From contig JAHBUE010000001.1 in NCBI GenBank assembly GCA_019638235.1, forward strand, positions 604,492-668,491: 64,000 nucleotides of DNA, given 5' to 3'. The DNA comes from Cyclobacteriaceae bacterium. GTDB taxonomy: Bacteria; Bacteroidota; Bacteroidia; Cytophagales; Cyclobacteriaceae. The position numbers and the translations under genes are program-made. How positions within the stretch are numbered: the stretch's first letter is position 1; every line of letters starts with the position of its first letter. The notes below the pieces were generated by a model. That model saw only the letters and a program-made list of their open reading frames with translations. It was not told the origin of the DNA and made no database searches. Positions 9,733-19,748 of this stretch are shown piece after piece.

Positions 9733-12543
9733 TCAGTCAATTCCCTGCCGGATACCTTTTTCAATGGCAGGCACGCCTTTATTCATCCAATCAGGCATGG
9801 GTGCATCTTTCAGGTAGTGGTCGAAAAACTGCATCATACGTTTGGCAAAATCGGTGCGGTGATGGCGTTGAGTAAGTCCGTGCCCCTGCCCGTTGTAGTT
9901 GAGCATCCAAACAGGCTTATCCAATCTCCGTAAGGCCATGTAATATTCAATGCCCTGATACCAGGGCACTGCGCCATCGGCATCGTTGTGCATCATCAGC
10001 AATGGGGTTTGCACCTTGTCGGCAAAGAAGATGGGAGAGTTTTCAATATAGTGCATGGGTTTTTCCCAAAGCGTTCCGCCAATACGACTTTGCGTTTGTT
10101 CGTACTGAAACATCCGGCTCATGCCGCTTTCCCAACGAATACCTCCGTATGCGCTAATCATATTTACTACCGGGGCTCCGGCTTCTGCCGCCCGGAATAA
10201 ATTTGTGCGCGTAACCATGTAGGCAATCTGGTAACCGCCCCAGCTATGGCCTTGTATGCCGATGCGTTTTTCATCTACAAAGCCTTTTGCAATTAATGAT
10301 GTAACACCGGGCATAATGCTACTCATGGCGCTTTCGCCCGGAAACCCGATTTTGTAAACAACATCTGGAACAAAAACGAGATAACCATTGCTGGTATATA
10401 ATGAAAAATTTATAATAGAACGGATTGGAGCGGGAGCATGGTGTTGATGAATGTTCTGCGAATTTTTTTCGTAGAAGTACACCATCATCGGGTATTTCTT
10501 TTTCGGGTCAAAGCCTTCTGGTTTGTACAGCATACCTTCAAGCGGAATGTTATCAGAAGAAGTCCAGGTTACAGGCTCAACACTTCCCCACAAATATTTA
10601 CTCATTTGCGGATTGGCATCAGAAAGTTTTTTGGGTGAAGAAAAATTAAAGTCGGTTGTCCACACATCAGGAAATTCATTGAAGTTTTCGCGTGTAAACA
10701 GCATGGTGTTGGCTTGAAGCGCTTTCACTGCATTGCCATAGCGATAATTGCCCATGATGAGTTTAGTGAGTTTACCATCGTTCAGCGAAAGTTTATAGAA
10801 CCCCGATTGCCTGGTAGTTTCGTTAAAGGCACTTAACAACATTTCCTTTTCAGCATCGATGAAGCGTTCTTCTCTATCGAGGCGAACGTAACGGAACCGG
10901 ATTTTTTGCTCCCTCCCGATTTTAGTAAGATTCGCTGGAGTTTTCCTGTTTTCAGGGTCAAACGCCCAGATGTCGTAGCGGTCATACACAAGAAATTGAG
11001 CATCGTTGGCGGTAAAGCCTGCCACACCATAGCCCGAAGGGTAATACGGGTGGTCGTCTTCTTCGTCAGCAAATTTTACTTTTAAACTTTCGTTCAGCTT
11101 TACAACCGTTTTGTTTGCAACCGAGTAGCTGTACCAGGCCGTGTCCGGATTGCTGAACCACACTACATAACTTGCGTTGGGCGAGAGCCGTGCATTACCT
11201 TTTATTTTTTGTTGAATGGTTTGCACCGAGCCATCCTGAAGGTTTACAAGTTGTAAATCTTTATACACGTCAATATCCCACGTGCGCATTTTCAGGTAAG
11301 GCGTTTCATTTGCGGCAAGCGCTATGGAAGCATTTCCTTCATCGCCTGTTTCAAGTGTGGGTATGTTTTCATTTGCCAATTGCACAATCCGGTTGTTGTT
11401 CAGATGAAGCACAGAAAGGTATGATTTTCTTTTGTCGGCATTGAGCCTGCTGTTTTGTTGCGGATAGATATAGTCATCGTTCCATGTCCACACTTCTACG
11501 TTTACAATTTCTTCGGCAAGTAAAGTGGTATCCTGCACTACGGGTTTTGGCGAAGTTCCGAAAAACAGTTTTGAGCCATCTTTTGAAAAGGAAGGTGTAT
11601 AGTTTTCATTCACAATCCAGTCGGCAGGTATTCCGGTTGATTTTTCATCAGCCAACACATGCGCCTGCTGCTCGCCTTTTTTCCAGTAATACAATTGGTG
11701 ATAGCGAATCAGGGCTTTGGTGGTATCAGCATCTACCAGGAAGGCAGCTTGTGTTCCGTCTTCGCTGATAGAAAGCCCCTTTACTTTGTATTTACTCCTG
11801 CCTTCAAATAAGGTGTTGGTATTTCCGTTTTGCAAATCGTACCAGTAAACACCAGGCTTTAATGTGCTGTCGTTGCCGGTTGTGTGAAACAACAACCCCT
11901 GACCGAATTTTGCAAACGTATAATCCTTTACATAGCCGAACTGCACTTCCTCGTTGTTGTTCAGGTTGCGAAGCACAAGCGTGTAGCCGTTATCATCGGT
12001 GCTCTTTTTTACCTTTTTGGGTTTGGCTGCTTTTTTGGAAGTGTCGGGCTTTGGTGGTTTCGCGGCTTCCAATTGATAGGCCAGCCAACCGCCAGTCTTC
12101 TCAGGAATTTTATACGACTTTACTTCCGGAATTTTTTCCGTCTTGCGGTTAGCAAAAGAGTAAATCCCTAATGAGTCGGTGGGGAGTTCTTCTTTTTTCT
12201 TTTTCTGTTTGCGCAGGTCTTTTACAAGCGCTTTCTGTGGAGTGATTTTGAACACGGCATGTTCGCTATCCCACGTAAGTGAAATATTCGCGGCACGGTG
12301 AACAGAATCCTGCGTCAATGTTTTCAGGTTACGGAATACTATTTTTCCATCTCCATCCTGTGGGTTAATGGTATAAGCCGCAAAGGCGCCATTGTTGGTT
12401 AATGCGCGGTATGTAATCTCTTTCCAGTTGTCGTACACATCATGGGTAAGGGGTTTCTTTTGTACCGGTTGTACCGATTTTGATTTCTGCCCCCACGCAG
12501 TGGCGGTAAGGGCAAGCAAGAGGGTAAGTAAAAGGTTTCTCAT
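9733..12543 (-). CDS. S9 family serine peptidase (prolyl oligopeptidase/dipeptidyl peptidase-like), secreted
   Basis: 936 aa with a signal peptide and a long beta-propeller-like N-terminal region. The C-terminal hydrolase domain carries GIQGHSWGG and a later D/H. Confidence 0.85.
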   Translation of the reverse strand: MRNLLLTLLLALTATAWGQKSKSVQPVQKKPLTHDVYDNWKEITYRALTNNGAFAAYTINPQDGDGKIVFRNLKTLTQDSVHRAANISLTWDSEHAVFKITPQKALVKDLRKQKKKKEELPTDSLGIYSFANRKTEKIPEVKSYKIPEKTGGWLAYQLEAAKPPKPDTSKKAAKPKKVKKSTDDNGYTLVLRNLNNNEEVQFGYVKDYTFAKFGQGLLFHTTGNDSTLKPGVYWYDLQNGNTNTLFEGRSKYKVKGLSISEDGTQAAFLVDADTTKALIRYHQLYYWKKGEQQAHVLADEKSTGIPADWIVNENYTPSFSKDGSKLFFGTSPKPVVQDTTLLAEEIVNVEVWTWNDDYIYPQQNSRLNADKRKSYLSVLHLNNNRIVQLANENIPTLETGDEGNASIALAANETPYLKMRTWDIDVYKDLQLVNLQDGSVQTIQQKIKGNARLSPNASYVVWFSNPDTAWYSYSVANKTVVKLNESLKVKFADEEDDHPYYPSGYGVAGFTANDAQFLVYDRYDIWAFDPENRKTPANLTKIGREQKIRFRYVRLDREERFIDAEKEMLLSAFNETTRQSGFYKLSLNDGKLTKLIMGNYRYGNAVKALQANTMLFTRENFNEFPDVWTTDFNFSSPKKLSDANPQMSKYLWGSVEPVTWTSSDNIPLEGMLYKPEGFDPKKKYPMMVYFYEKNSQNIHQHHAPAPIRSIINFSLYTSNGYLVFVPDVVYKIGFPGESAMSSIMPGVTSLIAKGFVDEKRIGIQGHSWGGYQIAYMVTRTNLFRAAEAGAPVVNMISAYGGIRWESGMSRMFQYEQTQSRIGGTLWEKPMHYIENSPIFFADKVQTPLLMMHNDADGAVPWYQGIEYYMALRRLDKPVWMLNYNGQGHGLTQRHHRTDFAKRMMQFFDHYLKDAPMPDWMNKGVPAIEKGIRQGID

Positions 12544-12607
12544 AATTATTTTTTAAAGTAACGGGTGGCTTAATGCGCGTTGATTTCCTCAACTATCATA
12601 TTTTTTG

Positions 12608-12681
12608 AACCACATAGACACATAGAACACATAGCTTTTTCAGAATTCTCTATGTTATGTGACCTATGTGTCTATGTGGTT
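12608..12681. repeat. AACCACATAG-type palindromic element, solo copy
   Basis: AACCACATAGACACATAG (12608-12625) is the exact reverse complement of 12664-12681. It lies 3' of the metalloprotease gene. Confidence 0.7.
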
Positions 12682-12708
12682 TAGGAGTAAAGTGGATACT
12701 CATGTTTT

Positions 12709-15180
12709 TTAATTTCCCCACTCACAAAAGCTCTCATCCTGCCCGATGGGTTGACCCGGAGGAGGTGATAAAAGATTTTCCGCTTCGTACTTCTCTGGAT
12801 TTTCACGAAACGCCTGAATTGTATTCAGCGAATAAGCATAATGTGCTTTCCAGCTTTCGTTGGTTGTTGATTTTGTCTTTTCCGTTAACCAGGTTTTTAG
12901 CTGGTCAATTTTTAAGTGTGCAATAGCCCGTGCCTGTGGCGAAGCGTTCTGATTTCGATTTAATTTAATCAGGCTGTTCAGCACGCTGTGGTTAACCGTC
13001 ATTTGCAACAAGCCTTCGTAACCGTTTTTGGTTGCGCTTTTAAAGGTGGTGTTCACAACCTTGTCAATCACACTTTCTAATGAAGGCTGTTGATTGTTGA
13101 GCGCATGGTGCTGTACCAAACGGGTAGCCCTTGCAGGATGAAAAATCAACCCGAGCACCATATCGGATGCGCTTTCTGCATACGCCAACGGGTCAAACGT
13201 GAGGTCGGTGCGGGTGCGCATTACTTCGCGGGTGCGCGGATACCCGATGGGATGAGGCGGAATGTTTTTTATCAAATCGGCAGGCAAGGCAAGCGCTTGC
13301 GGAGTAACTGTACCAAGCAAGGCGTCTAACGCTTTTTGTTGTTGAGCGGCTGAAATCATTTCTGTTACCGGCTGACCATCACCACGCACAGCATAGCGAT
13401 AATTTAAGCCTCCTAAAACTTTTGATGCTGCCTCGGCCTGGTAGCGATGAAAAAAGTAAACCGGCACAAGCGTTTCTTCCAACAAAGCCATAGGCACGCC
13501 TTCGCGGATATTTTTCTCACCAAAATTTTTCAGTGCTAATGCCCGCACCTGCATCACACGGTTTAATTCATCTGTTGCGTCCTGTCCGTTATCCCACAAG
13601 TGGGCGTATGGATGCGCACCTCCGGTGGGTCGTGCATCCTGGTCGGAAAGAAAAGTTAAGCCCTGCTTCAATCCATCTTGCAGAATTTTTTCGAGGGCTG
13701 CTGCTTCGTTTGTTCCTTGCGGAAACTGTGCGTAACCATACGTTATCGCAAGTTTATCCCACACGCCAATTTTATCATCATACGATTTGCTCAAATCAAT
13801 CTTACCATCTTTAATAGTAGCAATGGGGTGCGGGTAATCCATAACGGAAGCAAGATTTTCTGTGCTGGAAGCATAGCTGTGCGCAAGCCCGATAGTGTGG
13901 CCTACTTCGTGAGCTGATAACTGACGCAAACGGGCAAGCGCCATCTCCTGCATTTGCGGGGGAACTGCTTTGCCCGTTTCATACGGAGCAAGCAATCCTT
14001 CAGCAATTAAAAAATCCTGACGCACACGAAGCGAACCTAACGACACATGACCTTTAATGATTTCGCCCGTGCGTGGGTCACTTACGGATGCGCCATATGA
14101 CCAGCCGCGTGTTGAGCGATGCACCCAGTTGATAACGTTATACCGAACATCCATCGGGTCGGCACCTTCCGGCAATATCTCTACACGAAAAGCATCTTTA
14201 TAACCGGCCGCTTCAAAAGCCTGATTCCACCAGCGCGCCCCGTCAAGCAAAGCCGAACGGATTGGTTCGGGTGTGCCCCTGTCTAAGTAATAGATAATTG
14301 GTTTAACGGGTTCGCTTATGGCAGCATTCGGGTCTTTCTTTTCTAACCGGTGACGATTGATGAATCGCTTTTCAATGGGTTCGTGAATGGGCGTGGCGTA
14401 ATCGTAAAACGAAGTGCCAAAGTAACCGGCACGCGCATCGAATTTGCGCGGCTTGTAGTTATCATCGGGTAATTGTACAAAAGAATGATGCTGCCGAACG
14501 GTTACATTGTTTGGCGAGGGCGTTACGCTTCGTATGTATGCGCCCGTTGCCTGGCCGGTAAAGGTTAAGGTAACTTCAACTTCTGTGTTTTGCGGAAAGT
14601 TTTTTGTGCGCGGTAAATAGAATGCCGAGCGTGATTTATCAAGAGTATAATTTCCCTGCTGCTGATTGCGTAATCTGCCTGTTACATTATGCGCATCCTG
14701 AAAGTAAAAGTCTGTTGCGTCAACCAATATCTTGCCTTTTTCTTCTGCTGTGACAGTAAAGCCCCACAACACCGATTGTGCAAAAGCCTGTTCTACTGCG
14801 TTGCGCTCATCAATATTATCTGTTATCGCGCGAAAGCGATAATTGGGTTGAACCATTAAAACTTTCGGGCCTGTTCGTTCAAACTTTACAATTCGTGTGC
14901 CGCCTAACTGCCCACGGTCAAGCCCGATATCGTTTGAGCCGATTCCGGCCGGTAGAGAATTTACATACAGAAACTCGGTATTGAGCTTATCGATAACTAA
15001 GAAAAGTTTATCCTGCTTTTCATCATAATAAAAATCAAAGTAGCCGGGGTAATGTTTCATGCCCGATACCTTGGCGGCAATGCCGGTGGCTTGTGGCGTT
15101 GGTTGCGATTCGGTTTTCTTTTTCTGGGCGAAAGCCGTACCGAGAATAAGGATAAGGGGTAGAAGCAAGAGTTTTTTCAT
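12709..15180 (-). CDS. zinc-dependent metalloprotease (DUF5117/DUF5118-type), secreted
   Basis: 823 aa with a signal peptide and the HEVGHTIGLAH zincin motif mid-protein. Confidence 0.85.
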   Translation of the reverse strand: MKKLLLLPLILILGTAFAQKKKTESQPTPQATGIAAKVSGMKHYPGYFDFYYDEKQDKLFLVIDKLNTEFLYVNSLPAGIGSNDIGLDRGQLGGTRIVKFERTGPKVLMVQPNYRFRAITDNIDERNAVEQAFAQSVLWGFTVTAEEKGKILVDATDFYFQDAHNVTGRLRNQQQGNYTLDKSRSAFYLPRTKNFPQNTEVEVTLTFTGQATGAYIRSVTPSPNNVTVRQHHSFVQLPDDNYKPRKFDARAGYFGTSFYDYATPIHEPIEKRFINRHRLEKKDPNAAISEPVKPIIYYLDRGTPEPIRSALLDGARWWNQAFEAAGYKDAFRVEILPEGADPMDVRYNVINWVHRSTRGWSYGASVSDPRTGEIIKGHVSLGSLRVRQDFLIAEGLLAPYETGKAVPPQMQEMALARLRQLSAHEVGHTIGLAHSYASSTENLASVMDYPHPIATIKDGKIDLSKSYDDKIGVWDKLAITYGYAQFPQGTNEAAALEKILQDGLKQGLTFLSDQDARPTGGAHPYAHLWDNGQDATDELNRVMQVRALALKNFGEKNIREGVPMALLEETLVPVYFFHRYQAEAASKVLGGLNYRYAVRGDGQPVTEMISAAQQQKALDALLGTVTPQALALPADLIKNIPPHPIGYPRTREVMRTRTDLTFDPLAYAESASDMVLGLIFHPARATRLVQHHALNNQQPSLESVIDKVVNTTFKSATKNGYEGLLQMTVNHSVLNSLIKLNRNQNASPQARAIAHLKIDQLKTWLTEKTKSTTNESWKAHYAYSLNTIQAFRENPEKYEAENLLSPPPGQPIGQDESFCEWGN

Positions 15181-15356
15181 GGTTGAATTTTAAGATTGAG
15201 AAAACTACTAAGAATTACAGGTGTGCCAAAACGAATGTTACAGGAACGGGCAATTTGATTTCTGTAATCGGCAGATAGCACCTTTTATCAGTAAAGGGGT
15301 TCTGATTGAACTTTCTTTCCTGAATACTTGTACCTTTGTGGTAAACCCTTATTTAT

Positions 15357-15923
15357 ATGTTTAAAAAGATTCTCCTCGGCATTGGTATGCTGATAATTAT
15401 TGTGGCCGGTTACGTTGGCTACATGATGCTCACCACAAAAAAACACAGTCCGGCAGCGGTAGCCGAATTTAAGGACGGTGATTTTCTTATCTCGGTAAAT
15501 TACTATCAGCCTTTTAAAAAGGGGCGGCTCATTTTTGGCGATGAGGCAGCGGGTGCGCTGGTTCCTTACGGGAAAAAGTGGCGCACGGGCGCCAACGATG
15601 CTACTGAAATAAGTTTTAGTAACGATGTTGTAATAGATGGCCGCTTACTGAAAGCCGGTAGTTATTCGTTGTACACCATTCCGGACGAAACGGCCTGGAC
15701 GGTAGTGTTTAACAGTAATCTTGGTTATTGGGGCGCGAGCTTTAGTGGCGACCCGTTTGATGAAAGCAAGGACGTGCTGCGCGTGCCGGCAACGGTAAGA
15801 AATGACGTGCCTGAAATCGAGCAATTCACCATCTCGTTAACGCCATCCGACAGCTTAGTTAACCTGCATTTTTATTGGGATAAAACCCGCGCAACAGTTC
15901 AGGTGAGTAGGGTGCAGGAGTAG
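15357..15923 (+). CDS. DUF2911 domain protein
   Basis: 188 aa with an N-terminal TM anchor. Contains KWRTGANDATEI and YSLYTIP, which I associate with DUF2911. Confidence 0.7.
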   Translation: MFKKILLGIGMLIIIVAGYVGYMMLTTKKHSPAAVAEFKDGDFLISVNYYQPFKKGRLIFGDEAAGALVPYGKKWRTGANDATEISFSNDVVIDGRLLKAGSYSLYTIPDETAWTVVFNSNLGYWGASFSGDPFDESKDVLRVPATVRNDVPEIEQFTISLTPSDSLVNLHFYWDKTRATVQVSRVQE

Positions 15924-15952
15924 GTAAGTTGATTGTGGCTGGTGTGAACTTT

Positions 15953-16867
15953 TTACTCCGAAACTTTTACATTACTCCAGCTTTTCACTTCAAATTTGTC
16001 TGACTTATAGTTAACGGTCGATGTAGAGTGTTCTAACCAGCCCGTCTTATGGTTAAAAAAGTAGGTCGTCAAATTTATCATGTCATCATACTTGAATTTC
16101 TCTTTAGCCATTGTGCTGTCCGCCAGTATATTGTGTAATGATTCTTCTATTTTAATGTTTAACTCTATTTCTTGAATGTCACCTGTAAACGACTTTGAAT
16201 GATATGTCAATGTTGTGGGGAGGAGTTCTCCTGTTTTTGTGGGTATAGTTGTTTCTTTAACGATGTCACCATTCACTGGATTCTTGATGTTATAAACGGA
16301 TAATAATTCCGAAGCCTCTTTTATAATGGCTGTCTGAAGTTGGTCGGCAATTGTTCCATTGTCTTGGATAATTAATTTTAAATCTTCCTTCTCCTCCTCA
16401 CCCAATTGCATTGTATCTCTTAGACCAAAATATGTGTCCAGATATTCTGCGAAGTAAGAATCGAAATCAACGATGTCAGTTACTTCACCATTTTCAGATA
16501 CCCTAACTTTGTAGGGTATATTGAATTTGGACAGGTCTTTTATAATCCCTTGAGCGTTATTCAATCTGTTTAACAGGTTTCTCAATGAGTCCATTGTTGT
16601 TGTCATTACAAAATCAGGTAATGGTTGAAGCGCAATTTCAACTATGTAATCCTGCCCCATTTTCTTAATTACAGTCAGTTTTAGATTTTTTTCATATTCA
16701 ACGTTCACAATTGTGTCCGAGTCTGTCCGGAAAAACATTGCCCCTTTTTCATTAAACAATTTATAGTCGCCAGGGACCCATTTAGGTTTTAATATCTCAC
16801 TTTCCTGGTCTTTATCACCACAACTAACGATTACAATTAAAAATATTGCCGATATTATTTTTGTCAT
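15953..16867 (-). CDS. hypothetical lipoprotein, AT-rich
   Basis: 304 aa with a lipobox (IVIVSCGD). Composition is visibly more AT-rich than both neighbours. No recognisable domain. Confidence 0.6.
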   Translation of the reverse strand: MTKIISAIFLIVIVSCGDKDQESEILKPKWVPGDYKLFNEKGAMFFRTDSDTIVNVEYEKNLKLTVIKKMGQDYIVEIALQPLPDFVMTTTMDSLRNLLNRLNNAQGIIKDLSKFNIPYKVRVSENGEVTDIVDFDSYFAEYLDTYFGLRDTMQLGEEEKEDLKLIIQDNGTIADQLQTAIIKEASELLSVYNIKNPVNGDIVKETTIPTKTGELLPTTLTYHSKSFTGDIQEIELNIKIEESLHNILADSTMAKEKFKYDDMINLTTYFFNHKTGWLEHSTSTVNYKSDKFEVKSWSNVKVSE

Positions 16868-16873
16868 GTCTGT

Positions 16874-17314
16874 TTAAAGTTGTGATTCCCAACGCTCAAT
16901 AGCCTGCCGGTGTTCGTCAGGTATGGGTATGGTTTTATCCTGCTTATAATCATAGCACACCAGTACGGCATTGCCCTGCGCTACAACTTCTTCCTGGCTT
17001 GCTTTTTCCCGAACGATAGCCCAATCGAGTGTAAGGCTTTTGTTGCCGATACGCGAACAGCGTGTGTACACAAAAACTGTGTCGTGCAGAAATATGGGCA
17101 GCTTGTAATCAATTTCTATCCGGGCGAGAATAATGCCGGTTTCCCGGCTCCAGTTTTTCCCGGTGTTCACCACGTCATCAAAATATTTTACGCGGGCAAG
17201 TTCAATAAACGTTAGGTAATTGGAGTTGTTAACATGCCCCATCATGTCAATGTCTTTGAACCGGAGTTGAATGGGTACTTTGTGTTTAAAAGGTTGCATG
17301 GGCAAATATAGCAA
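16874..17314 (-). CDS. acyl-CoA thioesterase (4HBT/YbgC family)
   Basis: 146 aa with an RFKDIDMMGHVNNSNYL hot-dog fold N-terminus. Confidence 0.85.
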   Translation of the reverse strand: MLYLPMQPFKHKVPIQLRFKDIDMMGHVNNSNYLTFIELARVKYFDDVVNTGKNWSRETGIILARIEIDYKLPIFLHDTVFVYTRCSRIGNKSLTLDWAIVREKASQEEVVAQGNAVLVCYDYKQDKTIPIPDEHRQAIERWESQL

Positions 17315-17330
17315 TCTGTACTAATGAAAA

Positions 17331-18054
17331 TCAGGTGTTGTCTGTAATCGCTACCTGAACAGCCTCGCTTAGTGGTTTAAGTTTAGCTATCAGTTTTTCC
17401 TTGTTTTTTGTTTTTAAGAGATGAATTTTTTCTCCATTGCTGAACTTCAGGTAGGCATTGTACACCGCGTGCTCAAATGTTGATGAATGATTTGTGTGAG
17501 CGGTGTATATCCGTTGACTTCCTGCGGTTCGGGCAACGGCTTGTTGGCAGTAGCATTTTTTTTGACTTCGATCAAACGTGTTTCTCCAACCGCTTCTAAG
17601 TATTCGTTAAAGGAAAGAGGATAGACAAACATCGAACGGATTCTTCCTACACCAAACGATGGAATTTCTGCCAGGGCAAACTCCAGCAAGGACCCTGCTG
17701 CGATAACATGCAGTTCGGGATATTTTTCATAAAAAAAGCGAAGCGAAGAAATAGCCGGAACACAAGCCTGTACTTCATCAAAAAACAGCAATGTTTTGCC
17801 GGGAATAATGGGGGTGTTGTAGAGTACAGACAAGTTGCTGCATAATTCTTTTGGGTCAAGGTGGCCCTCAAACAGCTTATGTACCTGCCGTTGTTCTTCA
17901 AAATTAATTTCTAAGAAATGGTTAAACGATTTGGCCAGATGCCGAACGGCCGTGGATTTCCCTACCTGCCGTGCCCCCGGATGAGCAGGGGTTTGCCAGG
18001 TTTTTCGCCCTTCCAGTTGAGCAGCTCTGTGTCAATATTTCTTGAGAAGTACAT
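17331..18054 (-). pseudogene. AAA family ATPase (AAA_14/DUF4143-type), frameshifted and internally deleted
   Basis: Reverse strand from the ATG at 18054 reads MYFSRNIDTELLNWKGEKPGKPLLIRG and then hits a stop. Adding one G to the G-run restores LLIRGARQVGKS (Walker A). The 128 aa ORF 17447-17833 continues the family (LLFFDEVQ Walker B). A third frame gives FEHAVYNAYLK..., the DUF4143 C-terminal pattern, ending at 17331. Total length is far short of the roughly 390 aa family norm. Confidence 0.75.
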
Positions 18055-18494
18055 TTTTACAAGGCAATATGACTATCGATTTTACCTTTTTACAAGGCAA
18101 TAATTGATAAAACCCTTTTTTTGCGCTCTATTCAATGATTTTAGTATTCCTGGCCACAGGCTGTGAAATTAAGGTGTTTTTTGCGGTGGTTGATGATCCC
18201 GAAGCGTATCGCTCATGCAACATTTTATTCAGACGTAACCATTTGGCGTATTGCCCGGTCTAAATAAATGGTGAATTCATAAAGGTTAACTCCTGTCAAT
18301 AAAAATTGAAAAAATGAAACTACTGAGGCTAATCGTTATTTTAATACGGGGTTCAGGGCATACTGCTGCTTTTACAGGGAAAAGAAATACGGCCTGGTGT
18401 TTTTTATGAACAGCGACAAAATATCAACGTTCTATGATACACTCGGAAAGTATCTTCATGACGAATTTTAACTATTGACTATAATTATTCACTT

Positions 18495-18824
18495 ATGGAA
18501 AATCTTGAAAACATTATCCTTTCGCTTTGCATGTTTGGTTCGGCCGTTTTAGTTATTTATATATTGGCGCGGTATAATTATCTTCTCAAAAAGGCTTTGG
18601 CCGAAAAAGGTATTGCGCCAACAAAGATTAAGATAAGTTATTCAGAAATTGCCTGTGTCGTTATTGGAATAGCTGCCGGAATAGGTGCTTCTTCTATATT
18701 CACGGTAATGAACCTTTCGGAAGACACTACTGACCTGCTGGTGTGGTCAGTTATTCTTATTGGGGGCGGTCTGGGGTTGTTTGGTGCACATTTTATCCGC
18801 CAAAAGCAAGAACGTGAGGGATAG
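18495..18824 (+). CDS. small membrane protein (3 TM), first gene of the ECF sigma operon
   Basis: 109 aa with three hydrophobic segments. Its stop overlaps the likely GTG start of the sigma factor gene. Confidence 0.6.
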   Translation: MENLENIILSLCMFGSAVLVIYILARYNYLLKKALAEKGIAPTKIKISYSEIACVVIGIAAGIGASSIFTVMNLSEDTTDLLVWSVILIGGGLGLFGAHFIRQKQEREG

Positions 18825-19380
18825 GGATACAGATGCTCAAGTACTCAAAAGAATCGGTGAAGGCGATACTTCGGCATTTCGGATAGTTGTGGAAAAATAT
18901 AAAGACACCTCCTTTTCTCTGGCCTGTTCAATACTAAAGAACCCGGAAGATGCAGAAGACGCATTGCAGGAAGCGTTTATTAAAGTTTACAGAAATGCCA
19001 GGCAGTTTCGTGTCGATTCTCTTTTTTCTACATGGCTATATCGAATAGTTGTCAACACCTGTTTAAACGCTAAAGAAAAAAACAAGAGTTATGTTCAGGA
19101 AGAAGTGCTCAAGTCAAAAGAATCGGGTTTAAAAAGCGGACTGGATGCCCTGATAGAAGAGGAAAGAAGAGTGTATGTTCTCAGAGCATTGGAAATAATG
19201 AAACGGGATGAATCCCTTTTACTCAGGTTATACTATTTGTGTGATTTGAAAGTTGTGGAGATAGTGGAAATAACAGGCTTTAGTGAGTCCAACATAAAAG
19301 TGATATTACACCGGGCAAGAAAAAATTTATCGCAGCTATTGGAAAAGCTGACAGGTAACGACAAAAGAAGTTTATTATGA
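18814..19380 (+). CDS. RNA polymerase ECF-type sigma factor
   Basis: Region 2 (DAEDALQEAFIKVY, STWLYRIVVN) and region 4 (ITGFSESNIKVILHRARKNL) are present. The ORF is open from 18760. An in-frame GTG at 18814 avoids a 65 nt overlap, so the start is uncertain. Confidence 0.85.
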   Translation: MRDRDTDAQVLKRIGEGDTSAFRIVVEKYKDTSFSLACSILKNPEDAEDALQEAFIKVYRNARQFRVDSLFSTWLYRIVVNTCLNAKEKNKSYVQEEVLKSKESGLKSGLDALIEEERRVYVLRALEIMKRDESLLLRLYYLCDLKVVEIVEITGFSESNIKVILHRARKNLSQLLEKLTGNDKRSLL

Positions 19381-19697
19381 CTGAAGAAAAAACAAGAGAA
19401 TTAATCAGCCGCAGCCTTTTAAAGACATCTGAAGGGTTTGCCGATAGGTTGGTTGAAAAAGTTGAAACACAGAAAGCCGGGAGAAAGAAAACAAATGTTC
19501 TGTTCTTGCTTTCATGTATCGGTTGCTTTATGTTACTATTTCTTCCTGTCGCCTTAATCAAGTCTGTTAACTTTTCACATATCCAACTCACGTTACCCCC
19601 TATAACAATTAAGGTACTTTGTTCGCTGATAGTTTTTATAACAATAAACAGGTTGATTTTTCTAAGAAAAAAGATTCTGCAAGAAAGATTTAATTAG
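19377..19697 (+). CDS. membrane protein, putative anti-sigma factor
   Basis: 106 aa whose ATGA start overlaps the sigma factor stop. Cytoplasmic N-terminus followed by 2 TM segments. The role is inferred from position only. Confidence 0.5.
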   Translation: MTEEKTRELISRSLLKTSEGFADRLVEKVETQKAGRKKTNVLFLLSCIGCFMLLFLPVALIKSVNFSHIQLTLPPITIKVLCSLIVFITINRLIFLRKKILQERFN

Positions 19698-19748
19698 AAG
19701 GAGAATGTACAATGTTGTGTACAACACTGGGTTGATTTCTGGTATCGT

